Origin: Octopus vulgaris
Taxonomy: Eukaryota
Direction of reading: 5' to 3'
DNA: 64,000 nucleotides
NCBI GenBank assembly: GCA_951406725.2
Contig: OX597828.1
Span: 47,368,001 to 47,432,000 of the forward strand
This document shows positions 13,283 to 27,847 of this stretch, piece by piece; within the stretch, counting starts at the first letter, position 1; the number at the start of each line of letters is the position of its first letter. The notes beneath the pieces were generated by a model. The model was given only the letters and a program-made list of their open reading frames with translations, did not search any database and was not told where the DNA came from. The position numbers and the translations under genes are program-made.

Positions 13283-13388
13283 GTTTTGTTGAATTTTCTG
13301 CTGCTTTGAATAAAGCATATTACTCTACCACTGGTATTTGAGTACTCTTTTTACCACCTTGTTTCACATTTATGTGTTTACTCCGGTG

Positions 13389-13487
<99 letters not shown>

Positions 13488-13959
13488 GTAGATAGATATT
13501 AAAGCGATGGCTCTAAGTCAAGAACGACGTAATTCGCATAAGAATTGGCTTGAAATCAAACGAATTCTAAATAGGAGAAACGACAGCTACACTTGTAAGA
13601 GCTGGTATTTTAAGGAATGAAAATCTTTAGACTATTTTGTATATCGAGTATTTTTGCTTTCGCTGATCGTTCTACCAAATCTTTAGATGGAAATTCTCAC
13701 ACAAACGCACACACACACATGCATACACACACAACCCAATATTGACATAGTATAAGTTATAGCTGTATGTGATACGCCACGAGAGTCAATATTCCAATAT
13801 TCCAACACAGAATAATTATGCTAAGCATTTCGCCCGGCGTGCATTGATAATGAAAAGTAGAACGACGTAGATTTTCGACATCTATTATCAGCCGGCATAT
13901 AAAACCGATTTAAGAAGAAACACGGTAACCGCCAGGATAATATATACCATTAACCGTAT

Positions 13960-14030
<71 letters not shown>

Positions 14031-14067
14031 ATGAACCCAAGCACTTTCAAATTTATATTGGAAATGA

Positions 14068-14123
14068 TACACTGATGATGAGAAGTAAATAATTAAATAC
14101 TTTAATCTCGAAACGCGTATGTA
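14068..14123 (+). ncRNA. Minimal type-I hammerhead ribozyme motif, canonical core, in a (TA)n-flanked repeat (about 14021-14300)
   Basis: TACA-CTGATGA-T-GAGA(agta...tact)TCTC-GAAA-C gc G-T-A-TGTA. Stem I TACA/TGTA, palindromic ACGCGT stem III. Confidence 0.8.
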
Positions 14124-14297
14124 GCTAATCGGAGTTGTGTTGATTCATCATTTGTCTTTTTACCAACGTAAAAAAGTGTGTTTCTGTCTGGGAGATTCTT
14201 ACGGTAGTAGAAAAGAAATTTTTAACTCCTATTTCTACATTCGGTATGTGGTGAAGCAATTACCTCACCCCTAATTATAATTATGCTTATATTTATA

Positions 14298-14354
<57 letters not shown>

Positions 14355-14476
14355 TTTAAATAATCAGGGAGATAAATTGAATATTAATTGAATTAATATT
14401 AATTTAAAACCAGTAGCCTAGCGTATAAAAATCTGAAAAATCAGAAAAAAATTCAATACATGGGTATATACATATG

Positions 14477-14560
<84 letters not shown>

Positions 14561-14667
14561 CATCAAAAACAATTAAGATTCAAATGAATTCGAATGAATA
14601 TGGTACTTAACTTAGATGCACCAGCATTCATTATGGTATTACCCATAAAATTATGTGGCGTGATTAT

Positions 14668-14900
14668 AACCAAGAAAAAAGCAACAAGAATGGATCAGTA
14701 GATTAGTACAATTGTTTCACACTAAAAACATTTAATTTCAAGCTGCAAATATTACAGCAAATATAATGTCAAGTATTCATCAGCTAAATCACATATAGGT
14801 TTTCCATATTTGCTGTAATATTTGCAGCTTGAAATTAAATGTTTTTAGTATGAAACAATTATACTAATCTACCGATCCATTCTTGTTGCTTTTTTCTTGG

Positions 14901-14902
<2 letters not shown>
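14668..14902. repeat. Inverted repeat with ~97-bp arms (Penelope pLTR-like inversion)
   Basis: aaccaagaaaaaagcaacaagaatggatc...acagcaaatat is the reverse complement of atatttgctgt...gatccattcttgttgcttttttcttggtt, with a few mismatches. Confidence 0.85.
14701..14790 (-). ncRNA. Type-I hammerhead ribozyme motif, canonical core, long stem II
   Basis: Minus strand GATTTAG-CTGATGA-ATACT...AGTGT-GAAA-C aatt G-T-A-CTAATC. Palindromic ACAATTGT stem III. Lies within an inverted repeat (14668-14764 / 14806-14902). Confidence 0.8.
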
Positions 14903-14980
<78 letters not shown>

Positions 14981-15239
14981 TGGTGTGATTTTCATCAGTT
15001 CTCGTTTTCCCTTACTTTTTGTCGAGACTTTCAGATCTGGATGGCAGTTGATATTTTGCAAGAATGTCGGGGATAACCAAGCCGGCTCACTTTTGATATA
15101 GTAAACGTATCTATCTGCTCTACTTCCAAGCGTATGGAGTTCGATATCAGACAACGTAAAATACATTTGTAACATTTTTATATATTTTATAACTTTCATA
15201 CGACTATATACATACGTGTGTATGTATATTATACATATA

Positions 15240-15449
15240 TATATTAGAAGAAATGAGGTACTCAGAAGATCGGATGGTTTATATTTACAGATATTTATTT
15301 ATATTTTACATTTTTCATATGTAATATAATGCGAGAAAGCGCTAATGATCTAAGTGATATGATATATATATATAAAAATGTAATATATAAATAAATATCT
15401 GTAAATATAAACCATCGGATCTTCTGATTACCTCATTTCTTCTAATATA
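15240..15449. repeat. Inverted repeat with ~75-bp arms in TA context
   Basis: tattagaagaaatgaggtactcagaagatcggatggtttatatttacagatatttattt vs aaataaatatctgtaaatataaaccatcggatcttctgattacctcatttcttctaata. Confidence 0.8.
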
Positions 15450-15480
15450 TAATACCTGTACATCATCTCCAAACCTTCCA

Positions 15481-15573
<93 letters not shown>

Positions 15574-15582
15574 TAGATAGAG

Positions 15583-15657
<75 letters not shown>

Positions 15658-15679
15658 GAAAGATATATATATATGTGTA

Positions 15680-15718
<39 letters not shown>

Positions 15719-16061
15719 TTGTAAGTACGTATGCATGCATGCTTGCATGTAAGTATGTATATATCTGAAATCACTACGGCACCAGACAAGTGAAGACCAG
15801 GCATCTGTAGAGGCAGTGCCGTTCTGATGGAGGGAATAAGCTAAAGCGTATTACACAGTTCATCATTACCATAAACAAATCGACTGTGTTGGCTGCTTAA
15901 CGAGAGATTGCAGGAGAATCCTTCACAGATTCGAAAGTCTAACATAACTTACGTATGTATGTATGAATGCATGTATGTGTGTATGTATATATGTATATGT
16001 CTATGTGTATGTGTGTATGTGTGAGTATGTATGTATGTTATATGTATGTATTTATGTATGC

Positions 16062-16093
<32 letters not shown>

Positions 16094-16204
16094 TACCTTT
16101 CGATATATATACATAACCTGGTTACTTGCCAGGAAATCATCAATATTTGTGATAATTTCTGCCTGTCTTTCTATCTAACTATCTGTCTACACACACACAC
16201 ACAT

Positions 16205-16252
<48 letters not shown>

Positions 16253-16475
16253 ATATGTGCGTTTGTGTATATATGTATGTATGTATATACATGTGTATAT
16301 CTTTATCTCCGTAGTTATTCAACTATTTACCCATCAAGTCATATATTCATGTGTGTGCGTGTGTGTGTGTGTATATATATGTATGCATATATATTTATAT
16401 ATATATATACATATATATATGTGTATATATACATATATATATGTGTATATATACATATAGATATATATATACATT

Positions 16476-16509
<34 letters not shown>

Positions 16510-16515
16510 TCCATA

Positions 16516-16581
<66 letters not shown>

Positions 16582-17204
16582 TATACATATATAGGGCTGA
16601 CAATCTGTCTGTTAGTCTCTCCGTCTCTCCATCTGGCATTCTGTCAATGTCTGTCTGTTTGTCAACGTATCCCTTAGTATGTTTCCATGAAGGAATGATG
16701 GCGCCTTAAGTTATAACCCCCACCCGCCTCCCCCACTTTCAGCCCTTGCTACTCACCTTCTGCACATCGTCACCCCCGACACACTCTCCGCCCCCACCTA
16801 AACAAGCGTTCGCTCTAACTGGCGCTCATAATACAATAACACAGGTCGCTTCACACAACAATTACACTTCACATATACACGCCACACACGCACACGCACA
16901 GACACAGACTCAGACACACACACACACACACACACACATACGCGCGCACATGCACACACACACACTCGCACACAAATACATTCTTACAAACATACACTTA
17001 CACACACACATACGCGCACATGCACACACACACACACACACACACACTCGCACACAAATACATTCTTACAAACATACACTTACACACACACACACACGCA
17101 TAAATATATATATACACACACATATACACACGCACAGACAGAGATACAGGACACGTTGTGGTCGTACACCATATGAAGGCACATTCAGATAATACTCACA
17201 CACA

Positions 17205-17252
<48 letters not shown>

Positions 17253-17286
17253 TATATATGCATGTATATGCATTTATATATATAAG

Positions 17287-17320
<34 letters not shown>

Positions 17321-17449
17321 TATATGTATATATACACGCACACACACACATATATATATATATAAATATACATATTCATACATATATATATATATACCTA
17401 TATGTATATATATATATACATTATATATATATATATATTATGGTACATT

Positions 17450-17480
<31 letters not shown>

Positions 17481-17840
17481 GTACACACGCGCGTGCGCAC
17501 GCACTCTCTCACACACACTCTGCCCACACTACCACGCCCATGCCAAACCATATTATGCATGCGTTTGTATATATGCTTACTAACACACAAATATTTGTGT
17601 GCGTGTGTGTATTTGCGAGCGTTTGTGTTTTATCTGTGCGTATGTGAGTGTTTGTGCGATGCGTGAGTGTGCGTGAGTGTGTGTGTGTGCGCGAGGATGC
17701 TTGTGCGCGTGTGAGTACACAGACAGACAGACAAGACAGCGCGCACTCACCAACACCTACAACACCACGTCTTTACACTCGAAATATCGCTCGCTTACAC
17801 AACCACGCCTCTCCCATCACACACACACACACACACTCAG

Positions 17841-17902
17841 ACGGTACTTTTTCTGAACGTTGTGTCAAGCCAATAGAGACGCCATTATCGACAATCAGCG
17901 AG
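17841..17902 (+). other. Candidate upstream exon of the homeobox gene
   Basis: Unique-sequence island ending in a consensus donor GAG|GTAAGT. The weak acceptor and the phase mismatch with the 23148 acceptor make it tentative. Confidence 0.25.
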
Positions 17903-18179
17903 GTAAGTGGTCATACTTAAACGGCTGACTGCCTTGTAATACACATTTAATTAACTCAGAGTTTTCGCAGTCGTATTATTGGAGAAGAATAGAAGCGCCC
18001 TCTATGATTAATTAATGCCCATATGAGGGCATTATTCCATAGAATTTTCTTTATCCTTTTATCTTTCTTACTACATTTCTTTCTTTCCTTTTTTTCCATT
18101 CTTTCTTTTTACTTTTTCTTTTCACATCTCGCTCTTTACCTCGGTGTGTAAGTGCCCAGCATTCTATGCGAATGTATAT

Positions 18180-18245
<66 letters not shown>

Positions 18246-18273
18246 GTATATATATATATATATATATACATAC

Positions 18274-18343
<70 letters not shown>

Positions 18344-18346
18344 ATA

Positions 18347-18404
<58 letters not shown>

Positions 18405-19085
18405 TGTATATGTATATGTATGTATGTATTTATGTACTTGTATATATGCATAAATATACGCGTGTGAGTGTGACTGTGTGTAGGTGTAGGTGCGTGAGTG
18501 TTTGTGCGTGTACATATATATATGTGTGTGTGTGTGTATGTATATATGTTTGTGTATGTATGTGTACGTACATTCGTATGCATGCGCGATCGTTTCGCCT
18601 TCCTTTGTCACCGTACATCATACCACATAGACAACAGCTGTAACCAACAAAAGCCAATTTTCCTCTTCACAATCAAATAGAATCTGGTATAACTCCGAGC
18701 AGTTTAGCTGCCTTTAAGCGGCCATTCGTTATGCTAGAAATAGCAGTCAAGAGTCTACTACAAATATATCTACCATTTACAAGGAGAAAAACACAAGGGC
18801 GAAACTTGGAAGTTATAGTCATCGCCTGTTTCTCTCTCATACGGTTTTATCTTTATTATTTTGACCCCTACTCCTTTATAGAATATTGAGACCTCTTTAC
18901 AGTGAATGATTATAAAAACAATAATTTCATACATACCTATATATATGTATATTCTTACACACATGTAAGTGTATATATATAAACAAGGAAACAAGGAAAA
19001 TGCCACTTATATTTGAACACTCTACAAATATTCTTTTAAAAAAACTTTTCTTTTAATTTTTCTAAATTTAATTATTTAATTGTTA

Positions 19086-19122
19086 CAGTTGAAAAGGTCT
19101 CAAATGACTGAAACCGGTACTG
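19086..19122 (+). ncRNA. Second copy of the U3-A8 hammerhead motif (repeat at about 18980-19175, inverted copy of 10408-10600)
   Basis: CAG-TTGAAAA-GGTC tcaaat GACT-GAAA-C cg G-T-A-CTG. The flanking ~190 bp are nearly identical to the reverse complement of 10408-10595. Confidence 0.7.
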
Positions 19123-19451
19123 AAATGTTCTTTATAAAATTATTTTAACATTTTCTATCTTGACTTGTTTTTTCATATATATATATCTATTATATGTAGA
19201 AAAATACAAACTGGGACAAGAACGTAAAACATTTAGAAGACGATACAAAAAACACGGACGGGACATTCGAAGCCTTCAATCTTCAGTCAAGAACCGGATC
19301 ATCCTCGCAATTTCGGCTGATTAATCTTGAGATCGCTCCGATCCGGCCAGCCCCAACAAAAAACTAAGCTAGGAGTATTAGATTTCTTGGAAAAAGGATC
19401 GAATGTATACGAAACAAGGACAGAAAAACGGACGATGCAGCACATATATAA

Positions 19452-19628
19452 TCTTTTATCTTTTACTTGTTTCACTCATTAGACTCCGGCCTTCCTCGGC
19501 CACTGGCCTGAATTTTTACCCGAATATAATCGACCCCAGTATATTTTCTTAAGCCTTGTTGTACTTATTCTGTTGCTCTCTTTTGCCGAACAAAAGCAGA
19601 CACAAAGACGCACACGCACCTCTACCCC

Positions 19629-19709
<81 letters not shown>

Positions 19710-19875
19710 AAATGCAAAAAGCTCCTTTCAGTTTCCGTCTACCATATCCGCTCACAAAGCTTTAGTTGGTTCGAGGCTATGATAGACGACACTTGCCCAA
19801 GGTACCTCACAGTGGGGCTGAACCCGGAACCATGTGGCTGAGAAGAAAGCTTCTTACCACACATCCACGCCTGTG
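19452..19875 (-). mobile_element. SINE family A, degenerate
   Basis: Reverse complement of the family-A head (cttaccacacatccacgcctg) and tail (cttttacttgtttca). Confidence 0.75.
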
Positions 19876-19905
19876 TCTCTGTATATATATGTATATATAT
19901 GTATG

Positions 19906-19937
<32 letters not shown>

Positions 19938-19983
19938 TGTATTTTATTCTTTTATTCATTTATATGTTTCAGCCTTGAGGCTG

Positions 19984-20080
<97 letters not shown>

Positions 20081-20132
20081 TATATTCATGTTTGTATCGG
20101 AAGACTCACAAATGCGACTTCATATGAACAAG

Positions 20133-20336
20133 TATATATGTATATGAATAAATGTACACACACACATATATACATACACACACACACACACGCATATATA
20201 TATATACATACATATGTATGTATATGGTTTCGCTGCGTAGTTATATAATTTTGAAAACCTGTTTCGACAAGAGTTACTTTTTTAAAAGGTTTTACCAACT
20301 ACATAAACTACTACTACTACTACTACTACTACACAA

Positions 20337-20377
<41 letters not shown>

Positions 20378-20516
20378 CTCCACCACTACTACTACTGCTA
20401 CTGCTGCTGCTACTACTACTACAGGTGGTGGTAGTGCTGGTGGTGATGGTGATTGTGATGGTAGTGGTGGTAGCAGTGTATGTACAGTATGGCCTAACGG
20501 TTAAGAAGTTAAGGCG
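20133..20516. repeat. Arm 1 of a local inverted duplication flanking the homeobox exon
   Basis: Unique core ggtttcgctgcgtagttatataattttgaaaacctgtttcgacaagagttactt...ccaactacataaac is the reverse complement of 25371-25455. Similarity extends through both flanks. Confidence 0.9.
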
Positions 20517-20646
20517 GGAGCTGGCGGAGTCGTTACCGTGCCGGACGAAACGCTTGTCGACATTTCTTCTGGCTTCATGTTCAGATTCCACTGAGATAGA
20601 CCTTGCCATTCTGGAGCGGCAGTGTGGTATGAAGCTTACTTCCAAG

Positions 20647-20876
20647 ACGGTGACCTGGCAGAAACGTTAACACGCCGGTCCAAATGCCTAGCGGTATTTC
20701 ATCTGCCGTTACGTTGTGAGTTCAAATTCCGTCGAGGTCGATTTTGCCTTTCATCCTTTCGGGGTCGATAAACTAAGTACCAGTTACGCACTGGGGTCGA
20801 TGTAATCGACTTAATACCTATGTCTGTCCTTGTTTGTCCCCTCTGTGTTTAGCCCCTTGTGGGTAATAAAGAAATA
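20647..20876 (+). mobile_element. SINE family C with a 17-bp TSD, nested in an older family-A-like head
   Basis: ctggcagaaacgttaacacgccgg...gagttcaaattcc...gggtaataaagaaata. TSD ggtatgaagcttacttc at 20626-20642 and 20877-20893. Confidence 0.85.
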
Positions 20877-21055
20877 GGTATGAAGCTTACTTCAAAACAC
20901 CATGGCTTCAGAATCAGTCCCTCAGCATGGTACCTTGAGCAAGTGCCTTCTACTGTAACCTTATTCCAACGAAACACTTGTAAGCGGGTTTGGGAGACGG
21001 AAACTGAACGAAGATGTCATTATACGTATAACATATCTGAGCTCAGAACGCGTGC

Positions 21056-21125
<70 letters not shown>

Positions 21126-21127
<2 letters not shown>

Positions 21128-21458
21128 GGCGACTACAGTACCAGTGATTGTGGGATCTCTAAGAATGATAAAAAAAACAGGTACTGAAACCTATTTGAAA
21201 ATGATACCAGGCTTACCATCCCTACAGGAAGTGCAAAAAATCGTGTTAACTGGAAAGACTCGTGTACTGAGAAGAGCATTATCGCTGTGGAAACAACATC
21301 CACTCAGGAATTTATTTATTTATTAATTTTTTTAAACATATATTTTACCTTAGAATTCGCGTGTATAATCTGGGAATGCATACAATGAGCTTCTCTGCCC
21401 TAGGTGTACGGAAAACACTCGGCGAGAAATGGAAGAAAATTTGAAGAAAGAAGGAAAC
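21126..21458 (+). mobile_element. 3' fragment of an RLE-type non-LTR retrotransposon (R4/Dong-like) inserted in (TAA)n
   Basis: KATTVPVIVGSLRMIKK..YLKMIPGLPSLQEVQKIVLTGKTRVLRRALSL matches the C-terminus of R4-clade ORFs. (TAA)n on both sides. Confidence 0.75.
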
Positions 21459-21494
<36 letters not shown>

Positions 21495-21496
21495 TG

Positions 21497-21530
<34 letters not shown>

Positions 21531-21794
21531 TGTATCAATAATAGACAATAAAATAATGATCTCAAAATACAAAGATAATAATAATAATAATAATAATAAT
21601 AATAGGCATAATAAAAATATTGATAATAATAATAATAATGAAAATTGCACTATAATGCCCACATCCTACCAGAACATAATAATAATAATAATAATAAACA
21701 GCACATACCCAAGGCACACAGAGCTGCGCTCGGTAGTGAAGTGAAAGCACGCTATAAAAATAAAAATAAAACTACTGAATAATAATAATAATAA

Positions 21795-22180
21795 ATGTCC
21801 TGATGCAGTACCAGGCAGTGGCTCTCATGGCTTCTGATCTTAACTGATTGGAAGTGTTACCATGTACATTGTTTTGTCTTGGTATAAAAGATGGGCTACA
21901 GCAAATATTCTGCTCAGTACCACAAATTTGCTTGTCAGTTGTTTGACCTTAACCAGTTGAGCATGTCCCTTACTGGCTAACGATATGTGCATCTCTGATC
22001 ATGAGCAGAAGTAGTGGGGGAGCATCATAGCCATGTGTTGAGAGGGATTCTTTGGGGTTTGAATATTTCACCTCTGGAAACATGGGTGTTTCATTCAACA
22101 TCCTTAAACAATCCTTCTTCAGGGACCTTTTGAGCGAGATGGGCTACCCAACCAGAAGAAAATAATAACAGGCCCTACCT
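21795..22180. mobile_element. Family-D interspersed repeat in (TAA)n context (other copies about 28517-29075 and 43657-44120, in the opposite orientation)
   Basis: Reverse complement of 21885-22180 aligns with 43825-44120 and with the 28680-29075 region. All three copies are flanked by TAA/TTA repeats. Confidence 0.8.
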
Positions 22181-22235
<55 letters not shown>

Positions 22236-22254
22236 TGGCATGCAATAATCACTC

Positions 22255-22302
<48 letters not shown>

Positions 22303-22687
22303 CTCGAAATTTAGCACACGGCCATCAGTTTTTGAGTGACACTAGTGCTTTACTTGTACTTTATCGACTTCGAAAGGATGAACTGTGAGGTCGACCACGG
22401 CGAAATTTGAACTCAGACTGTAAAAGCCAGAAGAAATTCCAAAATACCACTAAGCAATTTTGTCCGACGCACTAATGATTCTGCCAGTTGACCGCCTGTA
22501 CTGACGCACGTTTTAGCGCTTGTGTTGCCTTGAAGCGGTGTTGCTGTGAAGTCGGTGTTATTGGTTGTTGGTCTGACGCTTTGCACACTATATTGATGGT
22601 GTACAATTATATATCAAATCCACAGTTACGAGTAATTACATACAAACTTTTAATTATGCCGTCTTGTCTTCATATTATTCTTTATTC

Positions 22688-23036
22688 TGTTGTGGAAGCA
22701 CTCCGTCGGTTACGACGAGGGTTCCGGTTGAAATTAACGTGTAGGTGGCTGAGAACTCCACAGACACGTGCACCCTTAACGTAGTTCTCGGGGATATTCA
22801 GCGTGACACAGAGTGTGACAAGGCCGGCCCTTTGAAATACAGGAAATAGGAAGTAAGAGTGAGAGAAAGTTGTGGTGAAAGAGTACAGCAGGGATCACCA
22901 CCATCCCCTGCCAGAGCCTCGTGGAGCTTTAGGTGTTTTCGCTCAATAAACACTCACAACGTCCGGTCTGGGAATCGAAACCGCGATCCTATGACCGCGA
23001 CCCCACTGCCCTAACCACTGGGCCATTGCGCCTCCA
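22688..23036 (-). mobile_element. SINE family B, tail type 1
   Basis: Reverse complement of 12113-12506 and 36329-36711. Confidence 0.9.
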
Positions 23037-23147
23037 TTCTGTTATTGTTGCATTTGTTCCTAATAATCTGCTGGTAATGATGTTGTTGATGCTGCCGTTG
23101 TCATTTCATGAGATTTTAAATTATTGTCTTCTTCTATGCAATTTCAG

Positions 23148-23566
23148 GGGAGTGTACGAATATAGTCGTAGCTGACAGTTGCACAGATGTACCGAACCGT
23201 ACCCACTTCGACGAAACTTCGGCCTTGGTTACGACGGATATGTGTTCTTACGGTGCCAGCGAGAGCAACAGCATGACCGACAGCAGGAAAGAACATTGTC
23301 AGCCGCCATCTTTGCAGTCGGCTCAGAGCCTTGAGGACGCCACCAGTCCGGGCGTCGGTGATAGCCTCATGCAAAGTGGACATATGAATGGTGACGATGG
23401 TGGCGTGTCCAGCCCCAAACCTCGGAAGATTCGACGAAGCCGCACCACATTTACGACGTATCAGCTACATCAATTGGAGCGGTCGTTCGAGAAGACGCAG
23501 TACCCGGATGTGTTTACAAGAGAAGAACTGGCTATGAGACTTGATCTCAGTGAAGCTAGAGTACAG
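23148..23566 (+). CDS. hbn: Homeobrain-like PRD-class homeobox gene, exon encoding the N-terminal region and homeodomain residues 1-46
   Basis: Acceptor tttcag|GG (phase 1). Open frame ECTNIVV...[52 protein letters not shown], donor CAG|gtaagt. [31 protein letters not shown].[13 protein letters not shown] is the Homeobrain-family signature as I recall it. First in-frame ATG is at 23240, but the frame is open back to the acceptor. Confidence 0.9.
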
Positions 23567-23612
23567 GTAAGTCTTTCTCACATATGTTCTGGAAGAGCAG
23601 ATATTATTGTTG

Positions 23613-23679
<67 letters not shown>

Positions 23680-23708
23680 CATTATTATTATTATTATTAT
23701 TATTATTA

Positions 23709-24092
23709 AGCTAGCAGAATCGTTAGCACACCGGGCGAAATGCTTAACGGCGTTTCGTCTGCCGTTACGTTCAAAGTTCAAATTCCGCCGAGGTCGACTT
23801 TGCCTTTCCTCTTTTCGGGGTCGATTAAATAAGTACCAGTTACGCACTGGTGTCGATATAATCGACTTAATCCGTTTGTCAGTCCTTGTTTGTCCTCTCT
23901 GTGTTTAGCCCCTTGTGGGTAGTAAAGAAATAGGTATTTCGCCCACTACGTTCTGAGTTCAAATTCCACCGATTTCGACTTTGCCTTTCATCCATTCGGG
24001 ATCCATTAAATAAGTACCAGTTAGCACTGGGGTCGATGTAATTGAGTTAACCCTTCCCCCAAATTTGAGGCCTTACGCTTCCAGTAGAAAGG

Positions 24093-24161
<69 letters not shown>

Positions 24162-24401
24162 GTTTTATATGTTGTTGTTGTGAAGGGGACGAGCTGGCAG
24201 AGGCGTTAGTGCGCTGGACGAAATGTTTAGCGGTATTTCGCCTGTCGCTACGTTCTGAATTCAAATTCCGCCGAGGTCGGCTTTACCATTCATCCTTTCG
24301 AGGTCTATAAAAAAAAGTACCAGTTGAACACTGGGATCGATGTAATCGACTCTTCCCTTCCCTTCCCATAAGATTGCGGCCCTTGTGGCAAAATTTGAAA
24401 C

Positions 24402-24403
<2 letters not shown>
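23709..24403 (+). mobile_element. Cluster of three tandem family-C SINE copies in the homeobox intron
   Basis: Repeated gttcaaattccgccgaggtcgactttgcctttc...aagtaccagtt...ggtcgat units at about 23709, 23935 and 24187. Confidence 0.85.
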
Positions 24404-26090
<1,687 letters not shown>

Positions 26091-26159
26091 TATAACTTTG
26101 AATGCATTCCTTTAAACTTTTATTTCAATCTTTTAATTATTCATTTATCTGTTTTCCAG

Positions 26160-26684
26160 GTTTGGTTTCAAAATAGACGCGCAAAATGGCGTAAACGCGA
26201 AAAAGCGATGGGTCGCGAGAGTCCAACATTTTTATCAAATGAACACATCCAATCACTGCCAGACGTAAGCTCTCTAGCTGGATCTACACATTTCAACAGC
26301 ACAGCAAGTGATTCCTTCTGGCAAAACCGTTTCCCTCATCTCACAGGAGTCAGCCCGTTCCTAACATTGCATCATCAACCTGGCTTCTCTACAATAGCAC
26401 CGTCCTGTATTCCTGGGAAACTACCATTTGGAGGCCTCCTATCGAATTACGTGGGTGCCTCCGGTGGTACGCCAAGTGTTTTACCAAATATCCTTCTTAA
26501 CAGTAGTATGATACCAAGTCCACATATCAGCCACTCACCCGTAAGATTCACCTTTGACCCTGATGTGGTTGATATGAGAAAATCCAGTATTGATAACTTG
26601 CGTTTCAAAGCCAAAGAACATTCGTCCACCATGGACCATATTCCGATGCTAGCTCATGCACACCAGGAATTGGCCAAGTCATAA
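26160..26684 (+). CDS. hbn: Homeobrain-like gene, last coding exon: homeodomain helix 3 (Q50) and C-terminal OAR motif
   Basis: Acceptor ttttccag|GTT. VWFQNRRAKWRKREKAMGRESP... continues the 23566 donor in phase 0. OAR/aristaless motif RKSSIDNLRFKAKEH at about 26577-26621. TAA stop at 26682-26684. Confidence 0.93.
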   Translation, partial: VWFQNRRAKWRKREKAMGRESPTFLSNEHIQSLPDVSSLAGSTHFNSTASDSFWQNRFPHLTGVSPFLTLHHQPGFSTIAPSCIPGKLPFGGLLSNYVGASGGTPSVLPNILLNSSMIPSPHISHSPVRFTFDPDVVDMRKSSIDNLRFKAKEHSSTMDHIPMLAHAHQELAKS

Positions 26685-26916
26685 TTGAGAAGAAACAATT
26701 TCCATTTTAACCCATCTCCCCATCCGTTCCTTCCATTTTGCTTTTCTTCTTCGTGTCTTTTTTTGCCCTTTCTATTTACCCTGCACACACACACACACAC
26801 ACACACACTCACATCATACGTATGTAGGTATATAGGTATGTCTATACATATCTATATATATTTGTACATATATCTATATATGTATGTACACATATGTATA
26901 TATATATATATTTCTG

Positions 26917-26950
<34 letters not shown>

Positions 26951-27027
26951 GATATATATATATGTATGTATGTATATGTATATATATACATATACATATA
27001 TTTATATATACATATATATACATATAC

Positions 27028-27268
<241 letters not shown>

Positions 27269-27331
27269 TCTCTTTTACAAAACCATAAGAAAACTAAATC
27301 TCTGTCCATCCACGTTATCTGTCAGTCTGTA

Positions 27332-27372
<41 letters not shown>

Positions 27373-27841
27373 GCCTGTCTGTCTATCTATCTGACTATTT
27401 CTGTCTGTCTCTCTCTTTCTCTCTCTTTCTCTCTTTCTTTCTCTCTCTCGTTCTCTCTTTTTTCTCTCTCTCTCTCTCTATGCATCCATGAAAACATTTC
27501 CTTTTTCTTACACCTTCAGCCAACCAACAACCCGCCCACACCTCCCACTTTTCTATTCCTCTATCTCACGTGACGACTATCGCCAGTGAATAGCCTGGCC
27601 TCTCTCTCTCTCTCCTCTCTCTCTCTCCCCCCTCTCTCTCTCTCTCCCTCTCTCAACATACAATAACAGACCGACCAATTTTCTCTCCTCTGTGGCTTTA
27701 GAAAAATTAAATGCGATAAGAAAAATGAATTATTTATTTTAGTATTTGTGTTAGTTTTTATTTTGTTTTTTCTTCAATTTATTTTTGTTCCATAGTTATT
27801 CTTTCCTTTTTGTTTCGTATGTCTTGTTCGTTTGTAAGTAC

Positions 27842-27847
27842 AATAAA
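27842..27847 (+). terminator. Candidate polyadenylation signal of the homeobox gene
   Basis: First AATAAA I could see after the stop codon, in a unique AT-rich region with T-rich sequence downstream. Confidence 0.4.

Noticed and set aside
23567-23908. ORF 23225-23908 continuing past the homeodomain
   Set aside because: Read-through into the intron after the CAG|gtaagt donor. It translates (ATT)n and a SINE.
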